This document shows, piece by piece, positions 60,904 to 64,000 of a DNA stretch of 64,000 nt (position 1 is the stretch's first letter; every line of letters starts with the position of its first letter). Both the position numbers and the translations under genes were made by a program. The stretch is from positions 62,001-126,000 of the forward strand of contig NIVC01001433.1 of NCBI GenBank assembly GCA_002269645.1. The letters are read 5' to 3'. Below the pieces are notes generated by a model. The model worked only from the letters and a program-made list of their open reading frames with translations, was not told the DNA's origin and searched no databases. This DNA comes from Macrostomum lignano. Taxonomy: Eukaryota.

Positions 60904-63140
60904 TTACATTTTGAGCAAAACAGTTTCAAGACGGGAATCGATTCCCAATTTTCTGGCCTCCGCCATGCGTTGATAAGCTTGCTGGAGTTTACTAGAGGCA
61001 TTCTTCGGAGCCGCCTCCGCTCCGCTGGCGAACCGCCACTGATGCAGCCGTGCACTCGAAGGCGGATCGTCGAAAAACTGCACGTGAATTTGCTTCGTGC
61101 AGAAACCCTTGGTGCCGGGGTAGGCAAATCATCGCCGGCCACCAGCTTTCGCCATTTGTAGGCCAGTAGTCTATTACAAGCGAGCCGGGTTGGAACCTAT
61201 GTTGACAGCGGCGGCGGAGACGACGGCGCCATCAATCTCGTTCATGTTGTTGTCGTACAGCTGGTCTACAAAGCCATTGAAGTCCTCTGAGTTGACAGAT
61301 ACTTCAAGCAGCTGAGTAGGTTCAGCCGCGGCACGCAGGACGGCGTCCAGCAGGACGGCTCCAGGCACGGCGGCTCCAAGCACGGCATCTCCAGACACGG
61401 CATCTCCAGTCACGGCATCTCCAGACACGGCATCTCCAGTCACGGCATCTCCAGACACGGCATCTCCAGTCACGGCATCTCCAGACACGGCATCTCCAGT
61501 CACGGCATCTCCAGTCACGGCATCTCCAGTCACGGCATCTCCAGTCACGGCATCTCCAGACACGGCATCTCCAGTCACGGCATCTCCAGACACGGCATCT
61601 CCAGTCACGGCATCTCCAGACACGGAATCTCCAGACACGGCATCTCCAGACACGGCATCTACAGTCACGGCATCTCCAGACACGGCATCTCCAGTCACGG
61701 CATCTCCAGACACGGCATCTCCAGACACGGCATCTCCAGACACGGAATCTCCAGACACGGCGGCTCCAGACACGGCATCTCCAGTCACGGCATCTCCAGA
61801 CACGGCGGCTCCAGACACGGCATCTCCAGTCACGGCATCTCCAGACACGGCGGCTCCAGACATGGCATCTCCAGACACGGCATCTCCAGTCACGGCATCT
61901 CCAGACACGGCATCTCCAGACACGGCATCTCCAGACACGGCATCTCCAGACACGGCATCTCCAGTCACGGCATCTCCAGACACGGCATCTCCAGTCACGG
62001 CATCTCCAGACACGGCGGCTCCAGACACGGCATCTCCAGACACGGCATCTCCAGACACGGCATCTCCAGTCACGGCATCTCCAGACACGGCATCTCCGGA
62101 CACGGCATCTCCAGTCACGGCATCTCCAGACACGGCGGCTCCAGACACGGCATCTCCAGACACGGCATCTCCAGACACGGCATCTCCAGACACGGCATCT
62201 CCAGACACGGCATCTCCAGTCACGGCATCTCCAGTCACGGCATCTCCAGACACGGCATCTCCAGACACGGCATCTCCAGTCACGGCATCTCCAGACACGG
62301 CGGCTCCAGACACGGCATCTCCAGACACGGCATCTCCAGACACGGCGGCTCCAGACATGGCGGCACCAGACACGGCGGCGCCAGTGGCAGGCAGGACGAG
62401 AGCAGCCGGCCGCTTTGAATTCTTTGCCAAAATAAATAAATAAATAAATTAATGGCAAAATTAATAAATTTCTTTGTACTTTTAGTGCTTTTTACTTTTA
62501 AACTCTACAGGTTAATTGTAAATTTTTAATTCCTTCAAATGTTAGCAATCATGCTGTACTCACTGTCGCTATCGATGCCGCCGGTGAGTTTGTAAGCCGC
62601 CCGCAAACTTACTCGCAATGGTGTAAAATACGTACGAGTACGTTGATGCAACAAAGACTGCAAGCAGCTATTCAGTGTATTGATTTTAGTTCAGAAATTC
62701 ATTCAGGATTTCTTTTTGACTCGCAAAAGGTAAAAATGCTTTCTAAACTAGAAAATAAGTTTAAATTAATTGCTAAGGAATTCAAGTTTACGTTTAAAAG
62801 TGGGATTTTTGTAATTTCAGGAGTTTTCTGTGACAATTATTTAGCAAATTTAGCAATTTTACCTGATGAAATTGGCGCTGCACACATTCGGTGAGGTTCT
62901 GGTGGTCGGCCATGAGCCGCTGCTCCTGTGCAGAGCAGTTCGACGGGCCCATGACTTCCAGCCACTGCCGAAACTTAGAGACGATGACGCTCTTGAGCAG
63001 CGGTGAATATCTTTCTCGATACTGATAGAACAGGGAAACACGAGCGCCAGGTCGTCGTCCTTCGAGCGCTCGGCGAACCTCTGGGCTAGCAGCTGCATAA
63101 GCCAATCGGCGCAAGGCGTGACGCTGGCCCAAGTCGACCC
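60904..63140 (-). pseudogene. PWWP-domain gene fragment with frameshifts (pseudogene or assembly indels); putative exons about 63140-62884 and 62421-60904
   Basis: Minus strand reads RFQPGSLV...SWWPAMIC in one frame and IHVQFFDDPPS...KLQQAYQRMAEARKLGIDSRLE in another. Phase-0 intron 62883-62422 (gtgcag..aaag). The upstream exon identity is unclear. Confidence 0.55.
61345..62390 (-). repeat. 15-bp repeat (plus-strand ccagacacggcatct), possibly coding (AVSGD)n, about 68 copies
   Basis: Period 15, in frame with coding-like flanks on the minus strand. Confidence 0.9.
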
Positions 63141-63714
63141 GTGCTTTGCGTTGGATTTATGACTTTGCACCTACCGCGGCTCGTTTAGTGCTTAAATCCA
63201 GCGCCGGGCGTCAGAGATTAGGCAGGTCGAGGCCACGCCTTGCCGGTTGGCATTGCCATCACTGTTGTGTATGCCAAAACTTGAGGTTTCCAGTTGTAGT
63301 TGCAAATTAAAAGTGCCAGGTGTGCACAGGTGCTGTATTTAAATTTTAGTCTCCTTAGAAAAACTACACGATCGATAAATTAGAGCCAGAAATGTCACGT
63401 GATTAATAATACATTATACAGATAATTTATCAACTACTCTACTGAAAGAGGCAGCATAAGTAAAAGACAAGAATAATATTAATATAGTTAGCATTTGCGT
63501 AATACCATACTTAAAATAGAAATATCAGCGTTACAGTATTATCATTAAGTTGACCCGTTAAGTTACGACACAACAATCACCAAAACTGATAACCATGCTA
63601 ACGGCAAGGTATGCCACCGTCCTGTGCGGATGGGAATTAGAGGTATTTATTTATTTAGAGGAAATTTTCCCAGATTTCAAATCTCAGATTTCTGGAACTT
63701 CTGAGCTAATAAAA

Positions 63715-64000
63715 TTTGCAATGCCACTTTGAATGCCAGTGTCATTTTGAATGCCAGTGTCACTTTGAATGCCAGTGTCATTTTGAATGCCAGTGTCATT
63801 TTGAATGCCAGTGTCACTTTGAATGCCAGTGTCATTTTGAATGCCAGTGTCATTTTGAATGCCAGTGTCATTTTGAATGCCAGTGCCATTTTGAATGCCA
63901 GTGTCATTTTGAATGCCAGTGCCATTTTGAATGCCAGTGCCATTTTGAATGCCAGTGTCACTTTGAATGCCAGTGTCATTTTGAATGCCAGTGTCACTTT
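63715..64000 (+). repeat. 18-bp minisatellite ttttgaatgccagtgtca (runs off the window end)
   Basis: Tandem units. Confidence 0.9.

Noticed and set aside
60813-61142. Track ORF MAGDDLPTPAP...
   Set aside because: It is an alternative frame of the PWWP-like segment with no recognisable motif of its own.

Overview
Eukaryotic (animal) genomic DNA. GC-rich spliced exons alternate with introns and intergenic gaps filled by locus-specific minisatellites. This style, plus TTAGGG repeats, suggests a flatworm such as Macrostomum lignano (inference, not verified). I reconstructed by hand six spliced genes with phase-consistent GT-AG introns: NUBP1 (5'-truncated, +), an SFMBT-type 4xMBT-SLED-SAM gene (+), a divergent Hv1/TMEM266-like voltage-sensor-only gene (+), pyruvate carboxylase (12 exons, +), a small CD225/dispanin gene (-) and USP39 (6 exons, -). 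The window also holds a frameshifted PWWP-domain gene fragment (-), a decayed 4.75-kb hAT element with 12-bp TIRs, nested MITE-like elements and more than 35 tandem arrays. Most long ORFs in the supplied track are repeat artefacts. The most unusual signals: (i) related minisatellites recur in inverted orientation on either side of specific exons (CD225 last exon, USP39 exons 3-4, PC last exon), with a fold-back scar inside one array; (ii) one intronic array resembles an amplified 5' splice site; (iii) SFMBT has no visible start codon but has an in-frame acceptor that a flatworm spliced-leader AUG could complete; (iv) the Hv-like protein keeps the selectivity Asp but has lost the RxWRxxR signature.
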